This document shows positions 10,307 through 19,989 of a stretch of DNA of 64,000 nucleotides, in pieces. Numbering within the stretch: position 1 is the first letter of the stretch; each line of letters opens with the position of its first letter. The notes below the pieces were generated by a model. It saw only the letters and a list, made by a program, of their open reading frames with translations, made no database searches and had not been told where the DNA came from. A program made the translations under genes and the position numbers. Origin of the DNA: Candidatus Moraniibacteriota bacterium (GTDB taxonomy: Bacteria; Patescibacteriota; Minisyncoccia; Moranbacterales; UBA2206); the NCBI GenBank assembly GCA_030645735.1, contig JAUSNP010000005.1, forward strand, positions 8,151-72,150, given 5' to 3'.

Positions 10307-11638
10307 ATGGACGAGAATATTGTTGTTGTGGCTAAGGGTAAGACCAAAACACTGTATGAACTTCCGGATCGTCCTGGGGTGGTATTGGTCAGAAGTGGCA
10401 ATGAGATTACCAAAAACGATGATCCGGATGCTACCAAACTCATGGAAAGCAAGGCGCTCCATGCAACCTCAACTACGTGCGCGATTTTCTCTTTGTTGAA
10501 GGCGGCGGGGATTCCGGTGGCCTTCTTGGAACGAACTTCGCCAACCGAATTTCTGGCGCCCAAGTGCAAGATGATCCAACTGGAAGTCATTATGCGTCGT
10601 TATGCTCCTTTGAAAAGTAGCTACATTATGCGTCGTCCTGATTTAGAAAGGGCCGCTGGGGAACTGCCTCATCGTTTCCACCGTCTGATGTTTGAGCTTT
10701 TTCTCAAGACGACCAGTGGTGAGATTCGAAATCGGTATGGCGAAGTCGTTGGCAAGATGCCCAACGATTGCTTGGAAATCGAGCGTAAAAAGCCAGTTGA
10801 TGATCCATTGCTGGTTGACTGCGCTGATGGGATTTGGGAACTTCGTCACCCGAAAATCCCAAGTTGGGATGATCGATCGAAATTCGATATGCACATCAAT
10901 ATGGGCGATGTTTTGCCAAATAGTGTGACAGTCGAGATGATCGAGGAACTGGCTCGCAAAACTTTCCTGGTTCTGGAAGGTGCTTGGTCCCAGCTCGGTT
11001 GTCGGTTGATCGATTTCAAGATCGAATTCGGCCTTGGGCCGAACGGTGAGCTTCTCGTGGCCGATGTTATCGACAATGACAGCTGGCGCCTGCGGGATAG
11101 CAATTGGCAGGAATTGTCCAAACAGCTCTTCCGTGATAATGCGGATATGAGTCAAATCGCTGACAAGTATGCCCTGGTGGCCAATTTGACCAGTCGACTC
11201 ACCATTCCTCAACAGGCCATTGTGCTGTGGCGCGGATCCAAAGACGACGATCTCCCTGAAGTTCCGGTTCTGGCTGGAATTGAAGGGATTAAGATCATTG
11301 ATTCTGGTCACAAATCCCCGGGTATTTGCCTGTCTTCTCTCGAAGATGTGTTGGCGACCTATCCTGAGGGTGGTGTGGTGTTGGCACTTGTCGGTATGAG
11401 TAATGGTCTTGGGCCGACGCTGGCCGCAAGAACGAGTTGGCCTGTGATCGGAGTGGCGATAACGGCAGGAAATCATCCAGAAGATGTCTGGAGCAACCTT
11501 AGAATGCCAAGGCAGGTTCCGATGGTGACGGTGCTTTCACCAACAAACGCTGTGTTGGCCGCGCTCAACATTCTGGCTCAGAAAAATCCGGTGGCCTATA
11601 TGCACAGGCAATATGCCATCGAGAAGCTGGACAAGTAA
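10307..11638 (+). CDS. Fused SAICAR synthetase (PurC)-AIR carboxylase (PurE), PAICS-like
   Basis: KGKTK, DFKIEFG, ADVIDNDSWRL, then SGHK, GMSNGLGP; GGAGGAGG RBS before ATG 10307; higher GC than flanks. Confidence 0.88.
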   Translation: MDENIVVVAKGKTKTLYELPDRPGVVLVRSGNEITKNDDPDATKLMESKALHATSTTCAIFSLLKAAGIPVAFLERTSPTEFLAPKCKMIQLEVIMRRYAPLKSSYIMRRPDLERAAGELPHRFHRLMFELFLKTTSGEIRNRYGEVVGKMPNDCLEIERKKPVDDPLLVDCADGIWELRHPKIPSWDDRSKFDMHINMGDVLPNSVTVEMIEELARKTFLVLEGAWSQLGCRLIDFKIEFGLGPNGELLVADVIDNDSWRLRDSNWQELSKQLFRDNADMSQIADKYALVANLTSRLTIPQQAIVLWRGSKDDDLPEVPVLAGIEGIKIIDSGHKSPGICLSSLEDVLATYPEGGVVLALVGMSNGLGPTLAARTSWPVIGVAITAGNHPEDVWSNLRMPRQVPMVTVLSPTNAVLAALNILAQKNPVAYMHRQYAIEKLDK

Positions 11639-11663
11639 GTTTGCAAGCAGTATTTTTTCTACC

Positions 11664-11708
11664 AAAGCCGGAGGGGTTCAATTGAACTTCCTCCGGCTTT
11701 TTTCTTTT
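11664..11708 (+). terminator. Intrinsic terminator
   Basis: AAAGCCGGAGGGGTTCAATTGAACTTCCTCCGGCTTT followed by T run. Confidence 0.85.
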
Positions 11709-11774
11709 TGCCCAAAAGGTGGTTTTGGCGTAGAATTAGGCCAGTTAATTGTTTAATAATTAAGCATAAAAACT

Positions 11775-12089
11775 ATGTCAAAACAACTCATCAAACAATC
11801 TTTCCTGCTAGCTTTGGGCGAAGGGATTTATATTTCCTTGGTGGCACTGCTCATGTTTGGCGTTCAGAAATGGTTCGGTTCCAAACCCGATCCGGCCGTC
11901 ATTGCACCAATTGCCTTCCTCTTGCTTCTCGTCATTTCCGCGGCAATTTCAGGCGCCCTGATCTTGGGCAAACCCGCCATGCTCTATCTCGACGGACAAA
12001 AGAAAGACGCGCTCAAACTTTTTGGTCTGACTGTTGGTTGGTTAATTGTTCTGTTAGTCATTGCATTCACAATCGTGGCGATGCAATAG
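11775..12089 (+). CDS. Small membrane protein (about 3 TM)
   Basis: Hydrophobic ORF with AT-rich leader. Confidence 0.75.
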   Translation: MSKQLIKQSFLLALGEGIYISLVALLMFGVQKWFGSKPDPAVIAPIAFLLLLVISAAISGALILGKPAMLYLDGQKKDALKLFGLTVGWLIVLLVIAFTIVAMQ

Positions 12090-12215
12090 AATTTGGAAAA
12101 ACTATAGCACCCAGTTGGGGTGGAGGTGAGGGTGAATTGGGGTGGGATATTTATTGGTTTTAGTGTAATATAAATATATAGAAAGAATAAGTTTTCTGAA
12201 TAGTCTTATAATTTT

Positions 12216-13910
12216 ATGGTAGAAATCGAAAGCGAAAAATATAAGGACTTATCAAGAGAGGATCTTTTGAAAGTCATTGAAAAAATGGATTCCCGTAAGA
12301 AATACGGGCTTATTTGGGATGAGGATAAGGTGAAAGAGCAATTTGAGAAAGATGCTGTGAATGCTCTGCCGATTTTGAAGGAAATCAGGGGTAAAGAAAT
12401 TGCTACTAGCCCGGACGAGCCAATAAATATTTTGATTGAGGGCGACAACTATCACGCTCTTTCTGTTCTGAATTTCACTCATCAAGGTAAAATCGATGTG
12501 ATTTATATCGACCCACCATATAATACTGGAAACAAAGATTTTAAATATAATGATAGCTATATAGATAAAGAAGATGCATATCGTCATAGCAAATGGCTGT
12601 CTTTTATGAATAAGAGATTACGTCTTGCAAAGAGTTTATTAAATGAAACGGGGGTTATTTATATTTCTATAGACGACAATGAGATTGCCCAATTAAAATT
12701 ATTATGTGATGAGATTTTTGGTGAAAATAATTTTGTGAATAATATTGCATTAAGAGTCAGTCCTCCTAATGGCGTAAAAATGACCCATGCTGATAAGACA
12801 ATCTTAAAAGAGAAGGAATATGTTTTGGTTTATGCAAAAAATAATAATTTAGTTTCTTTTGTTCCTCAATTTAAAAAAGCAGATAAGTGGGATAAGCATT
12901 TTAACAACTTTATAGTTAAAAACGGAAAAGATTTATCTAAGTGGGAAGTTGTCTCTCTATCATCAAAATTGAAAGAACTAGAGCTTAATCCAGACTTAGA
13001 GGATGTAGATTTTTTGAAATGGGCAAGAGAGAATTCGGATTGCATATTTCAATCAGTTGGTTTGGCTAAAATTAAGAATATAAAAAAATATAATACAGAT
13101 AGAATTGTTTCAATAGATAATATGGATAATTATTTTGCGTATAAAGGAAGACAAGTGCAATTATTATCTAATAGTATAAAGAAAACAGATAGCGGAGAAA
13201 CACTATCAAGATTGCTTTGCGACCTGTGGGTTGATATTAGTTTTAATAATCTTTTTCAGGAGGGTGGGGTAGAATTTAAATTTGGTAAAAAACCGCAATC
13301 CTTAATTAAAAGATTGATAAAACTTAGCACGGGAAAAAAAGATGCAATGGTTTTAGATTTCTTTGCTGGAAGCGGTTCTACCCTGCATGCTATTTTGGAG
13401 TTAAATGGCGAGGATGGGGGAGCCAGAGAATGTATTATTTGTACAAATGATGAAGAAGGTATTTGTACTGAAATTTGTTATCCGAGAATAAAAAATGCAA
13501 TTAAAGGATATGGAAATAAAAAAGGAAATGGTGGAAATCTTAAATATTTCAAAACTGGTTTTGTAAAAAAGACAATCAACAGAGATGATATGAAAATGAA
13601 ACTCACTCGAGAGTGCACGGAAATGCTCTGTATTCGCGAAGGTGTTTTTGACGAAAAGAAAAAGACCGATGATTATCTGATTTTTGAGCAAGGTGGACGA
13701 ATTATGGCAGTCTATTATTCTATCGAACGCAAAGGACTCAAGGAACTCAAAAAAGAACTAGACAAAATGAAAGGCGAAAAAGTCTTGTATTGTTTTACGC
13801 TAGATCCGCTAGGTTTGGATAAAAGTGATTTTACGAATTGGAAAGACATGCAATTGGAGCCAATCCCACAAAAAATATTAGAAGTGTACGAAGAAATTTA
13901 TGAATATTAA
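12216..13910 (+). CDS. mod: Type III R-M methyltransferase (Mod)
   Basis: IYIDPPYNTG and LDFFAGSGST (beta order); AT-rich central TRD; overlaps res. Confidence 0.93.
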   Translation: MVEIESEKYKDLSREDLLKVIEKMDSRKKYGLIWDEDKVKEQFEKDAVNALPILKEIRGKEIATSPDEPINILIEGDNYHALSVLNFTHQGKIDVIYIDPPYNTGNKDFKYNDSYIDKEDAYRHSKWLSFMNKRLRLAKSLLNETGVIYISIDDNEIAQLKLLCDEIFGENNFVNNIALRVSPPNGVKMTHADKTILKEKEYVLVYAKNNNLVSFVPQFKKADKWDKHFNNFIVKNGKDLSKWEVVSLSSKLKELELNPDLEDVDFLKWARENSDCIFQSVGLAKIKNIKKYNTDRIVSIDNMDNYFAYKGRQVQLLSNSIKKTDSGETLSRLLCDLWVDISFNNLFQEGGVEFKFGKKPQSLIKRLIKLSTGKKDAMVLDFFAGSGSTLHAILELNGEDGGARECIICTNDEEGICTEICYPRIKNAIKGYGNKKGNGGNLKYFKTGFVKKTINRDDMKMKLTRECTEMLCIREGVFDEKKKTDDYLIFEQGGRIMAVYYSIERKGLKELKKELDKMKGEKVLYCFTLDPLGLDKSDFTNWKDMQLEPIPQKILEVYEEIYEY

Positions 13911-16212
13911 TCTCAAAGAATATCAAGAAAGAGCCGTTGATCAGCTCACTGATAAAGTGAAGGGTCTTTTGGAATTAGATGGCGTTGGTGAGGTGTGTGT
14001 TTTTCAGGCTCCGACCGGAAGTGGAAAGACGGTGATGACTGCCAAATTTATCGAAGGGCTTATTCGCGAAATGCCAGAAACAGATTTGTGTTTTGTTTGG
14101 GTTAGTATTGGCAAAGGTAATCTGCATTTGCAAAGCAAGCATAGTCTCGAGCGAATTTTTGGTGGCTCGCCAAGAGTTTCTTTGATCGAGGAAGAATTTA
14201 ATGGTGGACGCGAAAGAATTGTGCGAAATGAAGTTGTAGTGGCTAACTGGGAAAAATTGCGAACAAAGGATCGAGAATCTGGAGATTGGAAAAATGTTTT
14301 AATGAAAGACGGCGAGAAAATAAATTTCCGTGAAGTTTTAGCCAAAACCAGGGAGCAAAGACAAATTATTTTAATCATTGATGAAAGTCATATTGGAGCA
14401 ACAGCAGAACGAACTGGCGAACTGCGAAAAGAAATCAATGCGGATGTGATTATTGAAATGAGTGCCACCCCGACCATTACGCAGAATGTTTTTGAAATTG
14501 TGCGTGTCAATCCATCTGAAGTTATTGAAGAAGGAATGATTAAAAAAGAATTGATTATCAACGAGGGCATCAACAAAATTGAAAATGATGAAAAGGATTC
14601 ACAGGAAGTCGTTTTGGAAATGGCCTTTCAAAAAAGATTAGAACTCAAAAAATTATTTGAAAAAGAGGGTGTGAATGTTAATCCACTGGTGCTTATTCAA
14701 ATTCCAACGGCCGAAGCTGGCAAGGATAAAATCGAAGCCGTTCGAGAATTTCTTGGCAAAAGAAATACTATTGAGCGAAAAAATGGCAATGGAAATGGTA
14801 AGTTGGCCATCTGGTTGGCTGATCAAAAATCAGAACAACTTGATTGGATCTCAGAGCCTGACAATGAAATTGAATTTTTAGTTTTCAAACAAGCAATCGA
14901 TACTGGCTGGGATTGTCCGCGCGCTCACATTCTCGTGAAATTTCGAGAATCACACAGTGAAACTTTTGAAATTCAAACTGTCGGACGGATTTTGCGTATG
15001 CCTGAACAAAAGCATTATGAAAGCGAGGATTTGAATCGTGGCTATATTTTCACCAATGTCCAAAGCATTTTGGTGAAAAAAGAAGAATACAATCCAAATA
15101 TCATCAAGCACCTCAAAGGTGAGAGAATCAATGATTATAAATCAATGAAGCTCACTTCGTATTTTAAACAGCGAGTTGATTATGGTGATATAACTTCCAG
15201 CTTCACGCCGACATTCGAAAAAGTCGCCAATGAATATTTTGGCCTCAATGGTGATTATACTCTTTTTGCGGAGTGTGCTGCACTTGTTGAAAAGAAAGGC
15301 ATTTCTGTCGACGTGAAACATTATGAGCAAGAAATTATTGCAGACACGAAATTAGATATGAAATCGTTTGATGAATTGCAAGGGAAAATTACACCCGAAA
15401 CAATCAAGCGACTGACTATTGCCGGCAACGATTTGGACAATATGTTCAAGCAGGTCATCAAGAGCAATCTGGGATCATTCCGAGGCGTGAAGCGTTCTGT
15501 TTCCCCGATAAAAACAGCTATCTATTGTTGGTTTAAAAAATATTTGGGTTCTGATAGTTGGAATGAGCCAAGCTTTTTGACTCAAAAAATATTTTTACAC
15601 AATGGTAACAAAGCGGTTTTCGAAAGAATACTGGTGCAAGCTATTGAAGCATATCGAGAAGTGAAAGAAGAAGAAGTTCGCGAGAAGGTCAAGGAAAGCG
15701 AAAAATATTATGATTTTGAATTGCCGAAAGAATTATTTTTCAATGATCACACGGATGAACTAGTTGAAGTGAAAAATTACGCCTATGATAAATGTTATCT
15801 TGGTAAAGATCGTTCCGAGCCAGAAAAGCATTTTGAAAAATTCTTGGATGGTAATTCGGAAAAAATTGCATGGTGGTGGAAAAATGGAGAGAATAGGCAA
15901 GATTATTTCGGCGTGCGCTATGAATACAAGGGCGAAATTTTCACTTTCTATCCTGATTATCTCGTTCAGTTTAAAGCTGGCAATCTTGGAATTTTAGAAG
16001 TCAAAGACTCAGGCGATCGTGACGGAGGTGGAAAAACCAAAGCCAAAGCAGAAGCCTTGCAAAAACATCTTGCAAGTCAAAAAAATGATAAACTTTTTGG
16101 CGGTGTTGTAATTGAAAAAAATGGTGATTGGTTGATAAATTCTGAAGATGTTTATAATTGGGAAAAATGCGAGAATGGAGACTGGGGTGAGTGGAAAATT
16201 TTAGAACTATAA
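13900..16212 (+). CDS. res: Type III R-M restriction subunit (Res)
   Basis: APTGSGKT, IDESH, SAT, GWDCPRA, QTVGRILR, C-terminal YPDY...EVK nuclease. Confidence 0.92.
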   Translation: MNINLKEYQERAVDQLTDKVKGLLELDGVGEVCVFQAPTGSGKTVMTAKFIEGLIREMPETDLCFVWVSIGKGNLHLQSKHSLERIFGGSPRVSLIEEEFNGGRERIVRNEVVVANWEKLRTKDRESGDWKNVLMKDGEKINFREVLAKTREQRQIILIIDESHIGATAERTGELRKEINADVIIEMSATPTITQNVFEIVRVNPSEVIEEGMIKKELIINEGINKIENDEKDSQEVVLEMAFQKRLELKKLFEKEGVNVNPLVLIQIPTAEAGKDKIEAVREFLGKRNTIERKNGNGNGKLAIWLADQKSEQLDWISEPDNEIEFLVFKQAIDTGWDCPRAHILVKFRESHSETFEIQTVGRILRMPEQKHYESEDLNRGYIFTNVQSILVKKEEYNPNIIKHLKGERINDYKSMKLTSYFKQRVDYGDITSSFTPTFEKVANEYFGLNGDYTLFAECAALVEKKGISVDVKHYEQEIIADTKLDMKSFDELQGKITPETIKRLTIAGNDLDNMFKQVIKSNLGSFRGVKRSVSPIKTAIYCWFKKYLGSDSWNEPSFLTQKIFLHNGNKAVFERILVQAIEAYREVKEEEVREKVKESEKYYDFELPKELFFNDHTDELVEVKNYAYDKCYLGKDRSEPEKHFEKFLDGNSEKIAWWWKNGENRQDYFGVRYEYKGEIFTFYPDYLVQFKAGNLGILEVKDSGDRDGGGKTKAKAEALQKHLASQKNDKLFGGVVIEKNGDWLINSEDVYNWEKCENGDWGEWKILEL

Positions 16213-16240
16213 TTAAGTGTTGTGAAAATAAGAAATATTT

Positions 16241-16621
16241 ATGAAACAAGTTAGGTGGATAAAAAATACTCAAAATAATGAATGGTTCGATTTTTTGCGA
16301 TTAAATCTCGAATCTCCTTATTTTAATGGTAAAGTAGGTATTTACGCTATTTGGTATGCCACGCCCTCATCTGCAAAAGTTATAAAAGTGGGAAGTGGAA
16401 ACATCGCAGAGCGCCTAAAGGACCATAGAGCTAATCAAGAAATAACCAAATATTCATCCCTGGGCAGCCTGAAAGTATCTTGGGTTGTTGCAGATTCTAA
16501 TCCGTTATCTCCAGATGAAATCCAAGGAGCAGAAATCTACCTTGCCAATAAATACCGTCCGCTAGTTGGCGATAGATTTCCAAATGTACAAGAAATTCCT
16601 ATTAGTCCAATAAAGAAATAA
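16241..16621 (+). CDS. Divergent GIY-YIG-like protein
   Basis: GIYAIW...IKVGSG...ERLKDH...AEIYL. Confidence 0.6.
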   Translation: MKQVRWIKNTQNNEWFDFLRLNLESPYFNGKVGIYAIWYATPSSAKVIKVGSGNIAERLKDHRANQEITKYSSLGSLKVSWVVADSNPLSPDEIQGAEIYLANKYRPLVGDRFPNVQEIPISPIKK

Positions 16622-16626
16622 ACCCT

Positions 16627-17025
16627 ATGGATATTCTATTGAAAACCTTAATTGAGTTAGCCCCAGCGTTAATTGTTGGTATTGTTATTTGGGCACTTGG
16701 AGAAAAAGCAATAAAGGATCGAATGAAATCAGATGCTATAAGAGACTTAATGGCCTATCGTGGAGATTATGCGTCATCTGATTTTAGGCGATCTTTGAAC
16801 AAAATTTCAGTGACCTTTCATAATGATCCAGAAATTCGCTCAAAAGTTAGAAATCTTTATGAGGTTATTAATAATCCGACATTGCCGTCTAAAAGCACGG
16901 AAAGAACGATTGTCGGATTAATTTATAGATTGTGTCAAAAAAATGGATTTAAAGGCTTAACGGAATATGATATAGATCAGGCATTTCCAGAGAATAAACA
17001 AAATCCTCAAGAGTCTATTGAATAA
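16627..17025 (+). CDS. Hypothetical protein with N-terminal TM
   Basis: Clean 132-aa ORF coupled to previous gene. Confidence 0.7.
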   Translation: MDILLKTLIELAPALIVGIVIWALGEKAIKDRMKSDAIRDLMAYRGDYASSDFRRSLNKISVTFHNDPEIRSKVRNLYEVINNPTLPSKSTERTIVGLIYRLCQKNGFKGLTEYDIDQAFPENKQNPQESIE

Positions 17026-17104
17026 AATATTCAAAAATAAAGAGCACTAGTAATTGGTCGATACTAGAGGAATTAGAATTTAAATAAACACTAAAAATAA
17101 TAAA

Positions 17105-17224
17105 ATGACTAAGATAAAATGTGCGGCAAGGCGTGTGGATAAAAAGCCAGGCGTAAAAACTGTTAAAGTTGAATCGCACAAGAGAAGTGTGCCAAAAAAG
17201 ATTGGTAAAAAATGTAGTTGCTAG
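17105..17224 (+). CDS. Putative small basic protein (39 aa)
   Basis: MTKIKCAARRVDKKPGVKTVKVESHKRSVPKKIGKKCSC*; below ORF-track cutoff. Confidence 0.5.
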   Translation: MTKIKCAARRVDKKPGVKTVKVESHKRSVPKKIGKKCSC

Positions 17225-17400
17225 TTAGGTCGCCTTGAAAAATGTGACTAAGTAGGTAGAGTTTGATTGGCATGAGGAATGATTTAAAATCAAGAATTTG
17301 GATTGACTTACTTTGCTGAAAAATAACGCCCAAAAAGCGCAACCTTTCACAAAGACAACTGCATATGCGGTTGTTTTTGTTTTAGTGGTATAATTACAAC

Positions 17401-17529
17401 ATGAAAAAGAAAGTATTTATAATCCATGGTTGGGAAGGAAAACCTGATTCAAATTGGTTTCCGTGGATGAAAACTGAATTGGAAAAAGAAAATGTGCAAG
17501 TGCATGTTTCGAGCATGCTAAATTCATAA
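17401..17529 (+). pseudogene. Truncated RBBP9/YdeN-family hydrolase (N-terminal 42 aa)
   Basis: MKKKVFIIHGWEGKPDSNWFPWMKTELEK then stop; no continuation seen. Confidence 0.75.
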
Positions 17530-17558
17530 ATTAATTCAAATAATTACTTATATGAAAT

Positions 17559-18170
17559 ATGTCAGAAGAATTTGTTAGAATCAATATTGCTTTTATGCCG
17601 CCGGTTGAAATTGCGGAAAAAGTTGCGCAGATTAGTTATGAGATAGGCGCGAAAGAAGAATCCTATTTTGTCATTGATAGAAAAAATTTTCATCCACATA
17701 TTACAATTTATGGATTTGAATTTCCGGCTCGCAATTTGGAAAATGTTTTGGCTGAGATTGAAATATTGTCCAAAAAATTATCTAGTGCGAAATTTGTTTT
17801 TAAGAAAGTTACTACCGAAGAAGGATATATCGGTATAGAATGTGACAATACTGAGGAAATAAAACATATTCATGAAACAACCATTAAGGCACTCAACCCT
17901 TGGCGTGAGGGGCATATTCGAGATAAAGATAAGAATATGAAATCTTCCGAAAAGAACTTGAATGTTCAAGAATATGGACATCCTCGCGTTATGGACTCAT
18001 ATTGTCCTCACATGACTATAATTAGATTGAAAGATGATGAAGTCGCGGAAAAAATAGCAACAGAAATCCAATGGACTGATAATGCATTTGTCTTGGATAG
18101 AATAGGTGCATTTAGAATGGGGCCAAACGGAACATGCGTGGAGTTAATAAGAGAATTTAAGCTTGGATAA
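17559..18170 (+). CDS. 2H phosphoesterase (2'-5' RNA ligase superfamily)
   Basis: Two HxT motifs (PHITI, PHMTI). Confidence 0.85.
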   Translation: MSEEFVRINIAFMPPVEIAEKVAQISYEIGAKEESYFVIDRKNFHPHITIYGFEFPARNLENVLAEIEILSKKLSSAKFVFKKVTTEEGYIGIECDNTEEIKHIHETTIKALNPWREGHIRDKDKNMKSSEKNLNVQEYGHPRVMDSYCPHMTIIRLKDDEVAEKIATEIQWTDNAFVLDRIGAFRMGPNGTCVELIREFKLG

Positions 18171-18208
18171 TCAAAGGTGATGAATTAATTCAATAATTAA
18201 ATTTGTTC

Positions 18209-18403
18209 ATGGAAGATAGGGAGGCGATTGAAATTTTGATGCGGATGGGGGACAAGTATGCTCTTTCTGACGAAGAAAAAGAGGCGGTTTCGGCGGCCAT
18301 CGGAATACTCAGCTGGTCAGCGCTCGGCCAGACTCGCATAAAAAACATCGCCAAGGCGCAAAAGGCGAAAAAAGAGTTCAAGGAGAATAAATTTTTAAAA
18401 TAA
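18209..18403 (+). CDS. Small hypothetical protein
   Basis: Co-oriented ORF; ATG at 18209. Confidence 0.6.
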   Translation: MEDREAIEILMRMGDKYALSDEEKEAVSAAIGILSWSALGQTRIKNIAKAQKAKKEFKENKFLK

Positions 18404-18456
18404 CAATCTAGAATCGAAATAACTTCAAAGCCCGAGCCCTTAAAAACAAAAAAAAT

Positions 18457-18489
18457 AACATTCTGACATTCTCAAGAATGTCAGCATGT
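18457..18489. repeat. Palindromic direct repeat, copy 1 (flanks HTH gene)
   Basis: AACATTCTGACATTCTCAAGAATGTCAGCATGT. Confidence 0.9.
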
Positions 18490-18513
18490 CGGCGTGGTAT
18501 AATAAAAACAAAA

Positions 18514-18822
18514 ATGTTAGCCAAAAGAAAAAAAGTTGTGCAGAAGGAAAAGACGCCCAAGCAGATGGAGCGACACTTGAAAGGTGTCGCCAATCATCGG
18601 CGGATCGCGATTCTTTTTCTGATTGCGAAGCGCAGAGGAATCACGGTAGATGGCATTGCGGAAAATTTGGATTGCAATGTAAAAACGATCTCGTCCCATC
18701 TTTGGCGTTTGGCTCAATCCGGGCTCGTAGTGAAGGTCTATCGAGGGCGGACAGTCGCACACGAACTTTCTCCCTACGGAAAGATTCTCCATAAATTCCT
18801 AACCACATTCTCCCAACAATAG
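18514..18822 (+). CDS. ArsR-like winged-helix protein
   Basis: ANHRRIAILFLI...TISSHLWRLAQSGLV; TGGTATAAT upstream favours ATG 18514. Confidence 0.85.
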   Translation: MLAKRKKVVQKEKTPKQMERHLKGVANHRRIAILFLIAKRRGITVDGIAENLDCNVKTISSHLWRLAQSGLVVKVYRGRTVAHELSPYGKILHKFLTTFSQQ

Positions 18823-18856
18823 AACATTCTCACATTCTCAAGAATGTCAGCATGTT
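18823..18856. repeat. Palindromic direct repeat, copy 2
   Basis: AACATTCTCACATTCTCAAGAATGTCAGCATGTT, one mismatch to copy 1. Confidence 0.9.
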
Positions 18857-18885
18857 ATTGGGTAGGAATAATTTGAATAAAAAAT

Positions 18886-19491
18886 ATGAACAAAGAACAA
18901 TTCGAAAATTATCTTCAAGAGAAAAACAAGAATCATATTATTTTTGATTTTGACGCAACATTATGCACGTTGTTAGTTGATTGGAATCCATGGCGTAAGG
19001 AAATGGATGATATTTTTTCTGAGTTAGGATTGAATGTAGATAGGAGTTCTAATTTCAACTATTCTGAAATGCTAAATCGTTGCGTTGAAAAAGGTGGAGA
19101 TGCGATGAGGGATCGGATAATGGAAATGAATTATAATGTCGAAAAGAATTTTTCTTCCGGTTATGATTTGTCGCCTTTGGCAATGCCACTCTTGGAATTG
19201 TCCAAAACAAATGCTGATTTGTATCTTTGGACATCCAATGACAAAAGAACAATCATGCCAATTTTGGAAGAACTAAATTGGGTGAAATTCTTCAAAAAAA
19301 TTGTTACGCGCAATGATGTTAGATATATCAAGCCGAGCGCAGATGGCTTTGCTTTGATTTATGATGAGAATGTTCCAAAATCCCAATATTTGCTCATCGG
19401 CGACAGTCGCTCCGACAGTGGCGCGGCACAAGCGGCGGGCATAGATTTTTTGAATATTGATGAGTTTGAAGAAGATAAATTTATAAAATAA
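18886..19491 (+). CDS. HAD-superfamily hydrolase
   Basis: FDFDATL, WTSN, KP, IGDSRSD. Confidence 0.9.
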   Translation: MNKEQFENYLQEKNKNHIIFDFDATLCTLLVDWNPWRKEMDDIFSELGLNVDRSSNFNYSEMLNRCVEKGGDAMRDRIMEMNYNVEKNFSSGYDLSPLAMPLLELSKTNADLYLWTSNDKRTIMPILEELNWVKFFKKIVTRNDVRYIKPSADGFALIYDENVPKSQYLLIGDSRSDSGAAQAAGIDFLNIDEFEEDKFIK

Positions 19492-19496
19492 AAAAT

Positions 19497-19898
19497 ATGA
19501 ACAAGGCCTATGATTGGTATCAACAATTGGCAAAACCAACTTGGTCACCACCGAGCTGGGTGTTTGGTCCGGTGTGGACATTTTTGTATGTTTTGATCGC
19601 GATTTCTTTTGGTAGAGTTTTTTGGCTGTTGCTCAAGAAACAAATTCCATTCTTGGTGGCTTTGCCTTTCATTTTGAATTTGATTTTCAATTTTTCTTTC
19701 ACTCCGATTCAATTCGGACTCAAAAACAATTATCTGGCGGCTATTGATATTCTCTTGGTGCTGGTCACACTCATCTGGAGCATGGTTGCAATTTTTCCCT
19801 ATGCGCGCTGGATCACCTACATTCAAATCCCATATCTCGTGTGGGTCTCTTTTGCCACAATTTTGCAGCTGACAATAACATATTTGAATTGGAAATAA
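19497..19898 (+). CDS. tspO: TspO/MBR family protein, copy 1
   Basis: WYQQLAKPTWSPPSWVFGPVWT, PYLVWVSFAT. Confidence 0.93.
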   Translation: MNKAYDWYQQLAKPTWSPPSWVFGPVWTFLYVLIAISFGRVFWLLLKKQIPFLVALPFILNLIFNFSFTPIQFGLKNNYLAAIDILLVLVTLIWSMVAIFPYARWITYIQIPYLVWVSFATILQLTITYLNWK

Positions 19899-19913
19899 GC
19901 TGTGGTTTCCGAG

Positions 19914-19975
19914 TTATCCACAGGATGAAGAATAGACAGAAGTTTGTTATGATGATATAATATCACCATAACAAA
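19914..19975 (+). promoter_or_regulatory. DnaA box + promoter + palindromic operator (site 3)
   Basis: TTATCCACA 19914-19922; TAGACA-17-TATAAT (19956-19961); TTTGTTATGATGATA-TAA-TATCACCATAACAAA. Confidence 0.75.
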
Positions 19976-19989
19976 TTAAAATAAAAAAT

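Noticed and set aside
10643-11476. Long antisense ORFs (also 3553-4182, 39581-40240, 40921-41538, 47527-48135)
   Set aside because: They fully overlap well-supported genes on the opposite strand and have no recognisable motifs.
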